Assembly: GCA_964423885.1 (NCBI GenBank) | Contig: CAYRGD010000001.1 | Span: 237,474-292,834 of the forward strand | DNA length: 55,361 bases | Reading direction: 5' to 3' | Source: an uncultured Candidatus Saccharibacteria bacterium | GTDB lineage: Bacteria; Patescibacteriota; UBA1384; JACPKC01 | Part shown: positions 55,243 through 55,361 of the stretch, piece after piece | How the letters are laid out: each line of letters begins with the position of its first letter | How positions within the stretch are numbered: position 1 is the stretch's first letter | Made by a program: the position numbers and the translations under genes | Notes under the pieces: generated by a model | Told to the model about the DNA's origin: nothing | What the model saw: the letters and a program-made list of their open reading frames with translations, nothing else | The model's database searches: none

Positions 55243-55361
55243 TAATGAATTTGCAGAGGAATTGACCTCGCCGCGCGCAAAGCGCGCGGCGCGGGCAGAT
55301 GTTTGCGCCCAGTCCCGCCAAGGCATTTTTAATTACGCCAAGAACACTTTAGCCGCTACGC
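55237..55361 (+). repeat. Diverged copy of the tRNA-proximal module of the 133-bp repeat (probable end of a second related element)
   Basis: After CCACCA, the first 25 nt match the IR 18/25 without gaps (shared ATTTGCA and GAATTGACC). The next element is a GC hairpin with the same AAA loop but different stem bases (CGCCGCGCGC-AAA-GCGCGCGGCG at 55269-55291, versus GCCCGCGCC-AAA-GGCGCGGGC). CCGCCAAG is shared further on. The sequence turns AT-rich and the window ends. Confidence 0.6.

Noticed and set aside
55114-55326. A 70-aa minus-strand ORF at the right edge.
   Set aside because: It lies antisense over tRNA-Val and the hairpin module, and has no coding support.

Overview
The window has two compositionally distinct parts. 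Positions 1-4435 are AT-rich: hand counts of sampled 60-nt lines give about 23-40% GC, against about 63% for the rest. This part looks like an integrative island sitting flush against the 3' end of tRNA-Ala(GGC). It carries a minus-strand operon of an XRE repressor, an APH(4)/hygromycin-phosphotransferase-like kinase and an Erm-type 23S rRNA methyltransferase. It also has a palindromic operator with divergent promoters and a 510-aa large serine recombinase.

The most unusual feature is that the recombinase gene is bracketed by a perfect 133-bp inverted repeat (2691-2823 / 4303-4435). The right copy supplies the CCACCA end of the tRNA and the last ~51 codons of the recombinase. A diverged copy of the same tRNA-proximal module, with a compensatory hairpin, follows tRNA-Val(CAC) at the right edge. 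Both window ends therefore stop in element-like DNA.

The remainder is a high-GC bacterial chromosome, almost fully coding. A co-directional minus-strand block runs gyrB-gyrA-infB-(LysM/M23)-obg-rpoB-rpoC-rpsL-rpsG-(unknown ORF)-fusA-tuf-rpsJ, followed by a ~2000-aa surface protein gene. Further right are:
- an envelope polysaccharide locus (DUF4012, GT4, sugar transferase)
- MarR plus ABC exporters, one of them frameshifted, and a MacB-like pair
- a GC-depressed patch around tRNA-Gln
- murB, RNase P RNA and a VirB2-like pilin
- uvrA with an internal deletion
- bactofilin, infC-rpmI-rplT and lspA

Some traits are reminiscent of Patescibacteria/Saccharibacteria-like lineages, but the taxon cannot be established from this window. 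No CRISPR array or rRNA gene was seen.
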